A stretch of 63,798 bases of DNA, counting the filler, from Sluysia triapertura (taxonomy: Eukaryota): NCBI GenBank assembly GCA_046118255.1. It is 4 parts of 4 records of this genome, joined end to end, with 100 filler letters (N's around TTAATTAATTAA, not from the genome) between each part and the next. Parts side by side here need not be neighbours in the genome. Positions count along the whole stretch, not along the records: positions 49,943 to 63,798 come from JBJNIA010016637.1; 3 more parts are not named here. The stretch is one strand, 5' to 3'. This document shows positions 51,616-63,798 of the stretch, in pieces. How positions within the stretch are numbered: the first letter of the stretch is position 1; every line of letters starts with the position of its first letter. A program made the translations under genes and the position numbers. The notes below the pieces were generated by a model. That model made no database searches. It saw only the letters and a list, made by a program, of their open reading frames with translations, and had not been told where the DNA came from.

Positions 51616-54600
51616 TTATACACGTTCATAAAAACAAAAATCAAGATTTATTGAATTGGGAAGCCTACTAAATCTCTGTAAATGGTTTTTTATCATATGA
51701 TACATTTTATAGTTGTTACCTTCATTTACTTTCATGATTTCTACTATACACTGCTGGTTGGAAAGAAAAACCTTATTCAAAGTTAGTTTATGATGTATAA
51801 GTTGTGTTTGAATTAAATGTAACGCACGAGTTTGCATAAAAGTAATTGATAATATATTATTCCCATTGTTTACTTATGAAATGGTTGATAATCGGACACT
51901 TATCTCTGGACGAAGGGTGTAACAAATTATATAGTAAGTTTCTAACCGATATGCATAAAATCGTGCAATTGTACATATTTCATGATCGATCAATTCTGTT
52001 TCATTAAAATAATTTCTCAATAATATTTGTAAAGAGTCAAATGAAATTAAAATGCTCGATTCGCATGATACAGATTTATCCTGTAACTCTTTCAAATGAT
52101 TTGAAAATCCTTCAGAATTTTCCATCAATTTATTGCGCAATTTTAATATTATTCTTTCAATATTCGAATGAGGAAACTGAGAACATAAGAAATTAATTAA
52201 TATTATTTAAAACAAACCTGTCGCCAATTTTTCTCCATGTATCGATAAGCATACTCGTCAGCATCTTCAATAAAGAAGTTGAAATTATTGATAGTTATAA
52301 CAACTCCGATATAAATATCATGAGCTTGGTAATATTTCGGCAATTCAACACTGTATCTTTCTTGACCTGGTATTTTAACTCGTCCTCTTTCTAAGAATTT
52401 ACCACCTAAAAATCCTATATAAATAGCCATTATTAAAATTAAAATACAGTTAATGTAAAAGATTTCACACAATACCTTATTTTAAAGAATAAAAGCAGGA
52501 CTATAAAAATGCTCGGTGATGAGTTTGTGAAAAAATTAAAACCTTATTTTTTATTGAATTATAAATATGAAAAAACATCTCATTTTAAGTTTAATTAAAT
52601 GTATTATACACAATATTGTTAAAAGTATTGAGATATTTGTAACTGCATTTAAAGCATACCGAGCCTATAGTAAAAGTTTATCTGTTAATTATCATTTGGA
52701 AATGAGGAACTAGGAGTTTGTACATAGTTTATAAGAATCAATTAATTTTAAATTTGTAGACAAGATATAGTTTCAAAGATTATTGATTCTATTTGAATTC
52801 TAAAACTGAATAAAATATTGAAATAGAAATCGAAAATAATTATTTTTGACAATTTTAAAGTGCATTTTTATAAATGTTTTTTATATTAGGCATCAGAAAA
52901 TGGACCGATAGGGACCACTCGGTGAGCACTCACTTGTTCTATCAAAACTAAAACCTAACCACAATGTATTTTTAGTATTTGAATAATAATAATAATAATA
53001 AAACAAAACCTGAATTCTTGCCAGGTTGTTCATATATCAATAAACTGTCGTCTGATAAAAAGAATGATAAAATGAAACGTCTTTCTTTATCTAATTCTTT
53101 GTCAGAAACAAGACGAGCTTTGAATCTAAGAATATTCGATTCAAGACCTTGGCGATCTTTTTCCATGAATTTTATAAAATCTCGTTTAGGTGGTTCAGGC
53201 ATTAAACCGCGGCAGTTGCCTAATGAATCTTCTTCACTACCCCATCCATTGTATGGTGGATCTTGTCGATTGTAGAATCGGTCATTCAAATTCTCCAATT
53301 GCAATGGTGTGAAGTTAGCTAGCGACAAAAGAATATAAAAGTTATATCCACTTATTTCGGCGTACAATACAAATATAAGCATGTACATTTTAATAACTTT
53401 CAATAGCCAATAAATCTTTAAGAATATTATTGTAGTTTTAAGCTTTATACTTCATTAGGGTGATCTTTTTGCATTTAACATTGAATACAAAGCTAGACCA
53501 AATATTAAAAGCGTGACCATGAAATAAGTATCTTAATAAGGTTTGGCATAAATACATCAAGCTTAAATTTAACATAATAATAATAATTATTATTATAATT
53601 ATAATTATAATTATTATTATAAAATAATTTGTAAGTACTATAAATGTAACATTTTAACATTTTAATTTGAATTTTTTAAATGCTTTTACGTTTTGTTAAA
53701 ATCTTTAGTTGTTTTCTAAATCTTATTATGGAGAACTGGAAAATGATGTCTAATCTTTTCTAAAAGTTGCGTTAACGTCTTACACAGAAAAACGAATTAT
53801 TCTAATTATTCAAGTGCTTAATTTCTTTGACAGTTATGTAATTGTTTTTTCCTAGTTATTATGCTTGTTAATTTTTATAACTAACTTTGGTGAATTCAGT
53901 ATATTTCTTTGTTTATTTTGCCTATATATATGTTGAATTTCTTCATTTGAATTCGAATTTTAATATTTACAAACTTATAAACTTATATACTATTTGTTAT
54001 CTATAGGTTGTTTGATTATGTTCTGTATTTGCAGGATCTCATTTAGAAAGGATAGAGAAATCTAGCAGATCTTGTTTTATAGATTTGATTTTGGCGTTCA
54101 AATAGTTATCTGAAATTACTTATATTCTGATTGACATTCTAATGACATCCACGCTTATGCCGCAGCACCGATGTTCATGTTTAAAGATTTTTGGTTTTTA
54201 ATGTTAATCAATATTTAGTAAATGATGTATTTTAAAACTTACTTTCCAATTTCAATTATAATTATAATTGCTCTAATTATTTAAGTATGACTTACTTATT
54301 CCATATTTAGTTGAATAGTATTCTTTTGTAAACGCATCCATATCTTTGATGATAAATTCTCGACCATAAACATTAATAGAAGCTCCAATTCTGAAATCTG
54401 CGTCTGTATAATATTCAGTTTTCATTTCCCCAGTTTTCAAACTATCTAACATGAATCTTCCACCGCGTTGTGGATGACCTAAAACATTCAGTAAAGTTCT
54501 ATCAGCTACAGCACCCATTTGAGCTAATGGTTCAACATTCTTGGGCAACTTTTGTTTTCGTAAAAAAGTTGCAGCTGCATCACGACCAGCATTTGGATAT

Positions 54601-54631
54601 ATTACTTCACGAACTTCAACCGTATCGTCCG
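51616..54631 (-). CDS. EFHC2: EF-hand domain-containing family member C2 (DM10-domain ciliary protein), 3' half; exons 54631-54296, 53318-53010, 52414-52218, 52176-~51947 and a less certain last exon to ~51616
   Basis: ADDTVEVRE..PNAGRDA..FLRKQKLPKN...DRTLLN..G...INVYGR...DAFTKEYY..KYGI; PPYNGWGSEEDSLGNC..L.PEPPKRDF.KFMEKDR.GLESNILRF; NSGFLGGKFLERGRV..DADEYAYRYME; FPHSNI. In-phase GT-AG junctions. Confidence 0.92.
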
Positions 54632-56219
54632 CTATTTTTGGAAAAAAAACAAATTAATTTGTTGCATTAATTATATTTACAATTTTGACAATAAATTATC
54701 GTTACAATTTTTACGGATGTAAAAGTTGCTATTAGTGTTGAATCAAATGCCACGAATAATTTTTCGATTCAAAAGGTGAAAAAAGCAATAAAAGCAAGAA
54801 TTCAATTCAAAATCATGATGATAATCTATAATTGCTTAAGATATGGAAGTCTTTGATGTTTCTTGGAAATAATAAAAACCAAAATGAATGTCTTCAATAT
54901 ATAAAAAGGATAGAAAGACAATAAAATAAAATCAGTGATAGGTTATGGACCGTTTATATCACCGAAAAAGTATAAATTTATAAAAAAGCTAGTTCTTTTT
55001 ATTTCAGAAATTTTACATGAATAATTAATGTTAATGCAAATATAATTATACTTCATTTAAAAATATTGTTATGTCGTTTAATACTTTTAATTTTCCAAAT
55101 TATTAAATTAAAATTCAATAACTAAATAATTCAAAATCTCGATATATTCTCTCTATTATCACAAGATTATAATCAAAATATATAAATAAATCTTTATAAT
55201 AATGACAATACAAATTATACTTTATAACAATAATCGTACAAATTATTCTTTTTAACAATATAAATCACTCTTCAATGACAAATATTAACCAGGGGTAACA
55301 TAACTTATTTAAATTCTCTCACCCGTATTAACGCAAAATATAAACACTAAGAAAAGTATTACTAACCCTTGTTATAAAAAATGGTTTATTTTAGTCAATT
55401 ACTAAAGAAATAACTTTAGTGTCACCGTTATCCACAGATGAACTAAAGCAGCTTCCCCCTAGTTGAAAGGTTCATTCGATTTTTCTTTACTCCCTTTTAA
55501 TGGCGGCTTTGCTTCTGTTTTTATTGCAATTAGTGAAATTAAGCATCAAAAATTGAGCGAGAGAAATTCACATTTGGACTGAAAATGAATTAACTAAAAT
55601 TGATGATAAATTATTAGAATTAAATTGTAAAGAATTATCGTCTGCTTATTCTTAATTCTATGAGAGTACAAATTTAGAAAATATTTTAAAGAATACGATG
55701 TTTATGAAGAAAAATCGACCAAACATTTAAATAATAGTTCTATTTTATATAATAGTTCTATATTAAGTAAACTAAGGAATCAGTTATAAAGTAACACTTT
55801 TCACGTGAAGTCATTTTTTCGATATGTTTTTCTTTCAATATGTATTCAAACTGATTATTAGTCGGACTTGAAGGAGTAGATATTGATATGTTGGGCATAA
55901 GCAATGAATCAAGACCGAAATTATTGTTGGTGCTGTGTATATGGACGAAATGTTTTGTTGGTGGAAGAAAAATCGTCATATTTTGTTTAAATTATATTAT
56001 TGGACATGTTTTACGCAATCTAAATTATTTCAGTACCGTAAATCATTCTAACTATGATAATAATTACATTTTTATTGAGTTTATATTTATTTATTATTAC
56101 TATGAATTTTATTGTAATACTACCTCAGTTCAAAAATTATTGTCTCGTTAGTTTTATAAACAATATATATTAACATCAATTTCGCTTTAGATAACCTTTT
56201 TATTTATGAAAATATTGTT

Positions 56220-57400
56220 TCCAAATTACATGTTAATTTTTCTGGAAGTTTACCTTTCTTCACAATGCTTCTTTTCTAATATGTGCTAGTAGATAATTAT
56301 TACCTCCTCCAGATAACATTGAATTTTCGAATGCTTTTTTGAAGAGTCAAGAAAATATTTTCTGCTTTTTCGACAGCATGATACTCCGAAGCACATTGAA
56401 TGACAGCGATAAAGTCGTCAATATTTTTCGGAGAACTTTGATATTGGATAGACTGAAGAGAATTGAAATAGCCTAAATTAAGTACATTAAAATCTGGATT
56501 GTTAGGAGGCTGACAAAATAAGTTAATATTCCGCTGGATTGTTGGATTGTTCAATATTAATATGTAATTATATTGTTACATATTTATATTTTCAATTGTT
56601 GAATATTATATTGTTATTTTTAATATTTTTATGAATAAAATCCATATTTATATTATATTTCATATTGTATAAAATTATTATTTTTAAATTTAAACATTAC
56701 TTTTAAATTAAAATATGAAATAAAATAAGACATTTCTGCTTTGAAATTTTGTTTCACTTTGTTTTATCAAATCAATTAACATGGATTTCATCGAATAGTT
56801 TGAATTTATTCGATAATCACACATTGTCAAGTAATTATAATGCTAAAATCACAACAAAATTCCATGAATAAGTAAGATTACTTTTATAAGTTTATAAAAT
56901 TCCTGACTGTAAATAAAAGGAATTTAAATTTCTACTTAAAATCTCTGATATTTTCATCCTACACCTTACATGCTAGGTTTAATTTACATTTAAAGTATAG
57001 CAAACATTAAGATTTATCAATTTTAAGTGTTCACTTAAATTTATTATTAATATTATAATTGTTTTTCTCTTATTTATATCTGTGTATAGACCTCTTATTG
57101 TGAATAATACATTTTTAGGATATTGTAATAATATTACGTGACTTATTCTAAAATCCTAATAGGACACCATCTTCATAGATTTAAGTCGTACTTATTAGGC
57201 GAACTAACCTTTAGATATTTTGCTAAGATAAGTTTATTTCTTTTCATAAAAAATTCCAGCAATTCCAGTTTTTATAATCCTTTTAGCAAGTTCCTATTGT
57301 TAGAACGCACCAGATGAGTTTATAGGACGGTATTTATTTCCTCGTCACTTAAATTTCTGTACTTAACTCCAGAACGATTGATTTCCATGATTTAAAGTAA
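56220..57400 (-). mobile_element. Plant-type (DD39D) Tc1/mariner transposase relic, N- and C-terminal pieces
   Basis: C-terminal QPPNNPDFNVLNLGYFNSLQSIQ...KNIDDFI...NIFLTLQ...GGNNYLLAH (56554-56260); N-terminal-like MEINRSGVKYRNLSDEEINTVL*THLVRSNNRNLLKG from ATG 57388. Confidence 0.75.
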
Positions 57401-59409
57401 GTGGAACTGAAAATTTTGGCACGCAGCCAAAAATTACAAATGTCAGAAATTGCTAGTTATTTTATAAACTGAACAGTTACTTCCCCAAACTTATTTTATG
57501 ATCTTATGATTCTCTAATATTCATAAACAAATGTCAAATGAAACAATCATTTTTTGAACAGAGATGTAGTATGATTTATATAATTTCTTCTCATTGGGTA
57601 AACGTCGCCCAATTAAAATAACATTGTATCAAACAGTCAACATGTTAGTAAAGTTAATAAAGTAAATATTAAACAAAAATTCTTTTGTGGAATAGAGTTA
57701 AATATTAATGAGATCATACATTTAAAAAATATTAATGTATTAATGTAATATTAATATATTACAATATAATCATTATATAATAATGTGATGTTATTATTAT
57801 CAGTCAATTATTTATTAACATCAATCACTTCACATGAATACATTTTCATCACGTATAATTTCAAAAAAAAGGTTACCAAAAAACTCTATTTTTTCAAGAT
57901 TTCAAACATTTCTCATTATTTAATTGATTGCAAAGATAACTTACTAGTTTGAGAAAATCTATAAAGTTTTAGTTTTAGTTTCTTTTCCGAAATTTTATTT
58001 ATATATTTAGTATTACTAATGTTACACATTCTTTACTTATATGTTGTAAATGTTTATAACTTTGTAAATGTAGTTTATTGAAACAAGTATAAATGTCACT
58101 TTAAATAAAGTAAACATTTGAAGTAATGAATAATAAAAATTAATAATAAATATTTAAAAAATCAATGTCGAAACGTCATAAAAAGAGCTACAATGTTAAT
58201 TATAGGAAGAAGGATAGCTGTTTTAATAGTTTTTAAATTAAAACAAAATCTATTTGCTACTTATAACAGTAAGTACTACAATTGAATTAAATTAAGTAAA
58301 TTAAAAATTAAAAGATAACTTAAATATGAGTTAGTAAATGTGATTCTAATAGACTGATACTAAATGAAACTAAATTAATACTAAATAAATTTGACTTAGA
58401 TATTGAATTTTAGCACGTGTTAAAGAATACTGATTTCTATAATATATTATCAAAATATATCATCAAATCATGTCAAGTATATGTTGAATTGTGTTCATTA
58501 TACAATTTGTAGTGGCCTGTGTAATATGTACATAATATTAGAGTTTTTCTTCAAAATAATTCACTATAATTTTATATTTATATTTAATATAATTATAATT
58601 GTAATAATGTCGTTTTTTAAGAAGTGTCCCCATTTCAATCTATTTATTTTTGGCTTCACCAATATAAAACAAAACTTCGTAAAACACCTTTTTACTAACA
58701 AAATGTATTTTTTTTGTTTCTTATAAATTAAATATTATGAACAACAACAGTTGTAATTCTCTATAAAAATAAAGAAAAATTAACAAAATTAAATTTTAAT
58801 TATTTATATCAAAAATGCAATTATTATGTCTGTTAATATTATTTCACTTCTGTGAAATATTAATATTTTTTCAACACGTCACTATTTCGCGATTGTGATA
58901 GCAGTGTCTGCAAACGTTATTTTTAATTAACAGCTAAAAAATAGCAGAATACCAAATAGTATAACATCTCTAGTGCATATATGTAATTGCTTTATGAATT
59001 TGTAAGTATGTTTGATTTGAAATTTTATTCTTGATCATTGTTCTACTTCAAGAACGTAAATTATGGAATTAGATGATGGAATTACTTAAATTGGTAAAAA
59101 ACAACAAAAAATATTCAAAGAAAAAACAAAACTTTTTTTGTTTAATCTAACAGTCCGGGGGCAAGGAGCCTTAGTTTGTGCAGCTTTGGTTTATATTTAT
59201 AATATAAATAGCAATTTGTAAAAAGATAGCGTATCGTATGCTTTGTTTCAATAGACCAATGCGATTGGATGAAGATAATAGATCGTTAGCAGCAATTCCT
59301 TAGCAACAGATTCAAAAATTCTAATACATTTTACGAGTAATCTATTTTTTATTAAGCTGATATAAATATTTATTTCCAAACAAATTGTCTTTCCGAAAAT
59401 AAGCTTTAA

Positions 59410-59867
59410 CCCATTCGCTGCCAACGAATGTACTCGTGATACTTTCAATATATATTATAACGTACAACTTGTGGAGCTTGCAAACCTTTAATATACGAGT
59501 GTTTTTACAAAAAACCTCCCACAACTAATAATTTATTGATAAGTACTACTTCTGACTCTACAAAACGACACTTCTTACACTGATGTTGCAAATAAACTCA
59601 GTTAGAGTCAGCAATGAATAACCAGCATTTGTAAATTTACAGAAAATTGTGTTTCATTTTTTAGTATTTTTATACTTTCATCTATTTCTTTTTGTGCTTA
59701 AAGTAAGAAAAATGATATCGAGTCCCATTGCTAACCACGAGTATACTCGTGTTTGATTTTTATACATGTAAATGATTATTTATGATAAAACATGTGTGTG
59801 TTTATCTTGAAATAATAAATCTTAGATAAACAATAACACTCAAAACAGAAATGGCAAAGCGAATGGG
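59410..59867. mobile_element. Non-autonomous piggyBac-like element
   Basis: TTAA|CCCATTCGCTGCCA ... TGGCAAAGCGAATGGG|TTAA; TTAA on both sides. Confidence 0.8.
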
Positions 59868-60277
59868 TTAATATATGGTCGAAATTTTGTCACATAATTT
59901 TAATTATCTAAAGAAAAATGATGATATAATAAAACTGCTGTTATATTACAAAAAATGCTATGGTTTTCTTAAATAAAAACTAAGTAGGGTTCGGTTATAG
60001 CAAACGACTTATATCGTCTAGAAGGCGTCTCTATAACTATTCGTACTTAAAACTTAATTAAAATAAGTTTATGCATGAGGGTTCCATGAATCTGCTTCTT
60101 AAAATAATAATTAAAAAATACAAAACTCTACTAATAACACCAAATAAAATAGATGATGAAAATTTAAGAATTTAAAATTAAAATTCAACAGAATATTTAC
60201 AAGAATAATGTAAGTAAATATTTATTATTTTTAATTTTTCTAGGAAGATAAAAACTCCTTATATAAAATAACTTACC

Positions 60278-60409
60278 ACACTCATGGAACTGATAAATAT
60301 TAAAAGATTTGCTCGAAAAATATTTCATTGTTGATGTTGAATTGTGAAAAAATTGACAACAAATTGCGAATAAAATTGAAATGATTGCAAAAATTAAATG
60401 ATTCAGCAA
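60278..60409 (-). CDS. Possible exon with a hydrophobic signal/TM segment, unknown gene
   Basis: LNHLIFAIISILFAICCQFF...YQFHEC followed by a GTAAGT donor. Confidence 0.3.
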
Positions 60410-60579
60410 TCTAGATTCCTATTGGTTTTTAGTTATGCATTATGCATACCACAAACTACAAAAATAACCAATGAATAATCTTTTACATTTACACATAATT
60501 GTTGACAACAATTCTTAGTATAAATGTAAATTATAATTTCCACCTTATCATTTGTAATTGTACAAGTAAATTAATTATA

Positions 60580-61009
60580 TATCCAGTTTCAAAGAGTGGC
60601 CACCAAGATCTCCTGACCTCAATCAAATAGAAAATGTAGTCTCAATTATCCTTTAAGGTGTACAATTAAAAAATTCAATATTGAATGCTTGGGAAAAGAT
60701 TGAAATAAAAAGTGTAAATACATTGATTAATATTGAAAACTCAGGAAAATCAATAAAATACTAATTTTGTACAATACGTCGTATAGTGCCTAAATAAATA
60801 GTTTGTATAGTGCGTCCTATACTTTTGAAACGAAATTTATTTAACTAAATGCAAAATAGTAATTAAAAGTGTACTAAAATTGGTAACTATAAATAAGCAA
60901 TAGTTTAATCATGTTTTATTTATTAAATAGTATTGTTAATTTGTTATAATATAAATTGTTTGTACATACAGCAAAAATAGGAGGTATCTTATAATTCTGA
61001 AACAGGATG
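60580..61009 (+). mobile_element. Internally deleted Tc1-like element
   Basis: EWPPRSPDLNQIEN motif and AWEKI; imperfect TIRs TA|TATCCAGTTTCAAA ... TCTGAAACAGGATG|TA. Confidence 0.7.
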
Positions 61010-61596
61010 TACAATAATATTTGAACAATATGGTTGACGAAACAAATTCTCATTAATATCCAATTCAAATTTTAACAAATAAATTACTCAAAAAACAATA
61101 AAATAAATCATTGTCATCATAAATAAAGAAATTAATGATGATATGGGGGAAATTAATTTAAAATATTTGTGACATTTTAAATAAATTTTAAATATTTATG
61201 ATTATTTGAAACATTAAATTGATATTTAATGATAGACAATAGTCAAATGTATTCGAATTTAAATCAGAACTTTTAAATCAGAACTAAAAAGCCACTTATA
61301 CACACCCGCACCGGCTGACATTTATATATAGTACCCAAATATTAAATCAACTCATGAATCAGACATAAATCACTATTAATTGCATGACTCATTGGAAAGT
61401 TACAGAAAAATATCCTTCCCCCAATGTCGTTGGCTTCTAATTCTCATATTTCTATTTTTAAATTTGTAATTAAATATTTGAGGTGGTTTTTAAGAAATAT
61501 TATTTTATAATATTATATTTTTGACAAATATCACTATTGTTTTTGTAATATTAATTATTCTATAAAAAATAATTAATAATAATTATAATGTTTCAG

Positions 61597-61792
61597 TTTG
61601 GAAAACATGAAAATACCATGGTTTAAAAAAAATGAAGTCAAGAAAAATCATAAAGCACGACGAGCTTATCGATACCTAATGATTCTAACATTACGTGAAC
61701 CAGATAAATATAAACAACGTTTATATGCCGATCAGATTGAATTATATGCGAAGATCAAATTTAATTATTCGGTGACTTTAGAAAGCATTAAA
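61597..61792 (+). CDS. Exon of a receptor guanylyl cyclase / natriuretic-peptide-receptor extracellular domain
   Basis: IPWFKKNEVKKNHKARRAYRYLMILTLREPDKYK....QIELYAKIKFNY matches the NPR ECD pattern PW.......AR.A......T..EP...........A...FN; TTTCAG acceptor and GTATGA donor. Confidence 0.7.
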
Positions 61793-62833
61793 GTATGATA
61801 TTTTGTTTTTGATAAATATATTAAAACTGCAGAAAACAATTGGATACTAAATAACCAATAAAAATTACTTATACAATACTTATTTAATGACATAACAAAA
61901 ATCAAAAGTTTAGTAAAATATAAATTAATACAGTATATAAAGATATTTTGTAGTAAATTTTTTCTATATTTTTCTACATCTAAATTTAATGTTTGTAACA
62001 AGTATACTTGAAAATTTTCACGAATTAATTTTAATAATGCAAAATGAAAAAATTTATTATTATTTATTTAATGTTTTAAAACTATTTTAAATTAGTGAAG
62101 TTATGTTTTAGTGCACTTTAACACTTTTTGAACAGAAAGAATAAGAGAAAAACATAGTAAATTAAAAAATTTATATCAGATTTGAAGTGTCAAATTTCAA
62201 CTTTTAAGACATTTCATGACGTATGTCGCTTTTGAAAAAGAGTGTGACTTTCTACTTGCCACGGGATATGCGATATCTTGCTTACTGTGACTATAAGTTT
62301 TGCATAAACATAGATTACATTTTCTCGCAAGCAACGAAAGGCGATTTTGATAATATATTAAAAGAAAAAACCATTTATCACATTTTAGGACATGTTTATT
62401 GTATCTCTAGTTTTGATTGGACAACGATTCTTATTTTGTGTTCATTTATTATTGACTATTAATATTAATCTCTAGATTACTTTTTTAATATTATATTTAT
62501 TTTATTAATAATAACTTAATTAAATTAATTTCTATTTCATAACAGCTATTGTTTTGAATCATATTATAAAATGAATTTACGTATACTAAAAAACTATGTT
62601 TAAATTTCAAATAACACTTATAATAAATTTAAATGTAGCAAAAAAAATAATTATAAAAATATATTTTTTTGCATTTTCTTTTGCTTTCATTCAAAATTCA
62701 ACTTCAATTAATAATACTTTTAGTTTTAATTAAAATTTTAGATATAGTAATATAAATATGTCATAATTTTTGTATTATTAACATTATAAATAATAGTAAT
62801 AATAATAATAATAAATCTAAAAATAACTTAATA

Positions 62834-63798
62834 CAGTAAACTCCCGATTATCCCTGCTCGGATTATCCGTGGATAATATTTGTTAAAATAAGTACAATTT
62901 TAATTTTATTGTTTTGCCGATATGTATTGTTTATTTTTTTAGGTTTAAAATACCTTACGATAATTAAAATTAAATTTTTTTAATTTTAAATTATTTTAGA
63001 AAAATGCTTTATTGCAATGTCAAATAATCACAAAAGAGTCATACTGACTGTGAAACAAAAACTTCAGTTAAATGAAATGAGTGAAAAGGGTAAATTCACA
63101 TCGAAACTTTCAGAAGAATAAGGAGTTGGTGCTCAAATAGTTTGTAATATAATTAAGCAGAAAAGAAAGTTTGAGGAGTTTACAAAAGATTGTGATAGTA
63201 ATGCAGGTCCTTCAACTCGGAAAAGTATGAAAATGTCATCATATGAAGATTTAGATACAGCTATGCCAATTACAGGCTCTGCAATTGCACATAAAGCCAA
63301 CCTCTTTTATGATTCATTTTGATTAAAAGGCGACTTTAACGCATCTTCTGGATGGCTAACTAGAATTAAGAAACGTCATGGTAGCCACGAGCTTTCAATC
63401 CAAGGAGAATGTCTTAGATGAAATGTTGATGCCACTTCTAAATTCCGGATTCAATTTGAGGAATATGTTCAAGCAAATGATTTGAAACCCGACCAAATAT
63501 CTAATACCGACGAGACAGCCTTATTCTGGAAGTGTTTGCCTACAAAGACACTTACTTCGTCTAATGAATCATCGACTACAAGTCATAATTCATCTAAAGA
63601 ACATACCATAATCATGTGCTGTAACTTCTCGTGATTAGAAAAGCAAAAAAGCCAAGATCATTTAAATGAACAGAAATAAAGAATCATCCTGTTGACTACT
63701 ACAATCAAAAGAGCATGGATAGACAGAAGGATCTTTGAACATTGGTTTAAAAATAAATGGGTCCCAGAAATTCGAGTTTTTTTAAAAAGTAAAGGATT
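62834..63798 (+). mobile_element. 5' part of a Tigger/pogo (jerky-like) transposon with pseudogenised transposase (ATG 63017)
   Basis: TA|CAGTAAACTCCCGATTATCC TIR; MSNNHKRVILTVKQKLQL (CENP-B HTH), RKSMKMSSYEDLDTA, FNASSGWLTRIKKRHG, QISNTDETALFWKCLPTKTL, AWIDRRIFEHWF; multiple stops. Confidence 0.9.

Noticed and set aside
52979-54670. Plus-strand ORFs 52979-53275 and 54470-54670 (likewise 8120-8332, 23415-23666, 48162-48365, 5192-5786)
   Set aside because: Antisense shadows of real exons, ORFs or the mariner relic.
1-63798. tRNA, rRNA or other structured RNA genes
   Set aside because: No cloverleaf, A/B boxes or rRNA-like GC-rich segments recognised by eye; a covariance-model scan would be needed to exclude them.

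Overview
Very AT-rich eukaryotic DNA from an invertebrate animal (ciliary genes, a Kv4 channel, GT-AG introns as short as 34-43 nt); species not determinable from sequence alone. The window is probably not one locus: three identical 100-nt spacers (44N-TTAATTAATTAA-44N) join four pieces (1-15659, 15760-28357, 28458-49842, 49943-63798), and there is one ordinary gap (22396-22534). Recognisable host genes are spliced and mostly partial: NFXL1 (two exons 10 kb apart), an EFCAB7-like EF-hand gene, EFHC2, one Shal/Kv4 exon, Ig-superfamily exons and a receptor guanylyl cyclase exon. Transposon debris is diverse: mariner, Tigger/jerky x2, hAT, Ty3/Gypsy, plant-type DD39D mariner plus a Stowaway-like MITE, a piggyBac-like MITE and Tc1. 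The most unusual signal is a set of dispersed islands of intronless orphan ORFs (3.0-4.7, 7.6-8.5, 15.1-15.5, 16.4-17.7, 22.8-23.8, 46.3-49.8 kb). Some share DNA or protein similarity, three are preceded by a related hairpin plus CCAAT module, and they lie beside or are fused to fragments of host genes (kinesin, DYRK, calcineurin A). This is a candidate undescribed gene-capturing mobile element or endogenous virus; no replicase, integrase or capsid is visible, so it remains a hypothesis. All alignments were done by eye; no database searches were run.
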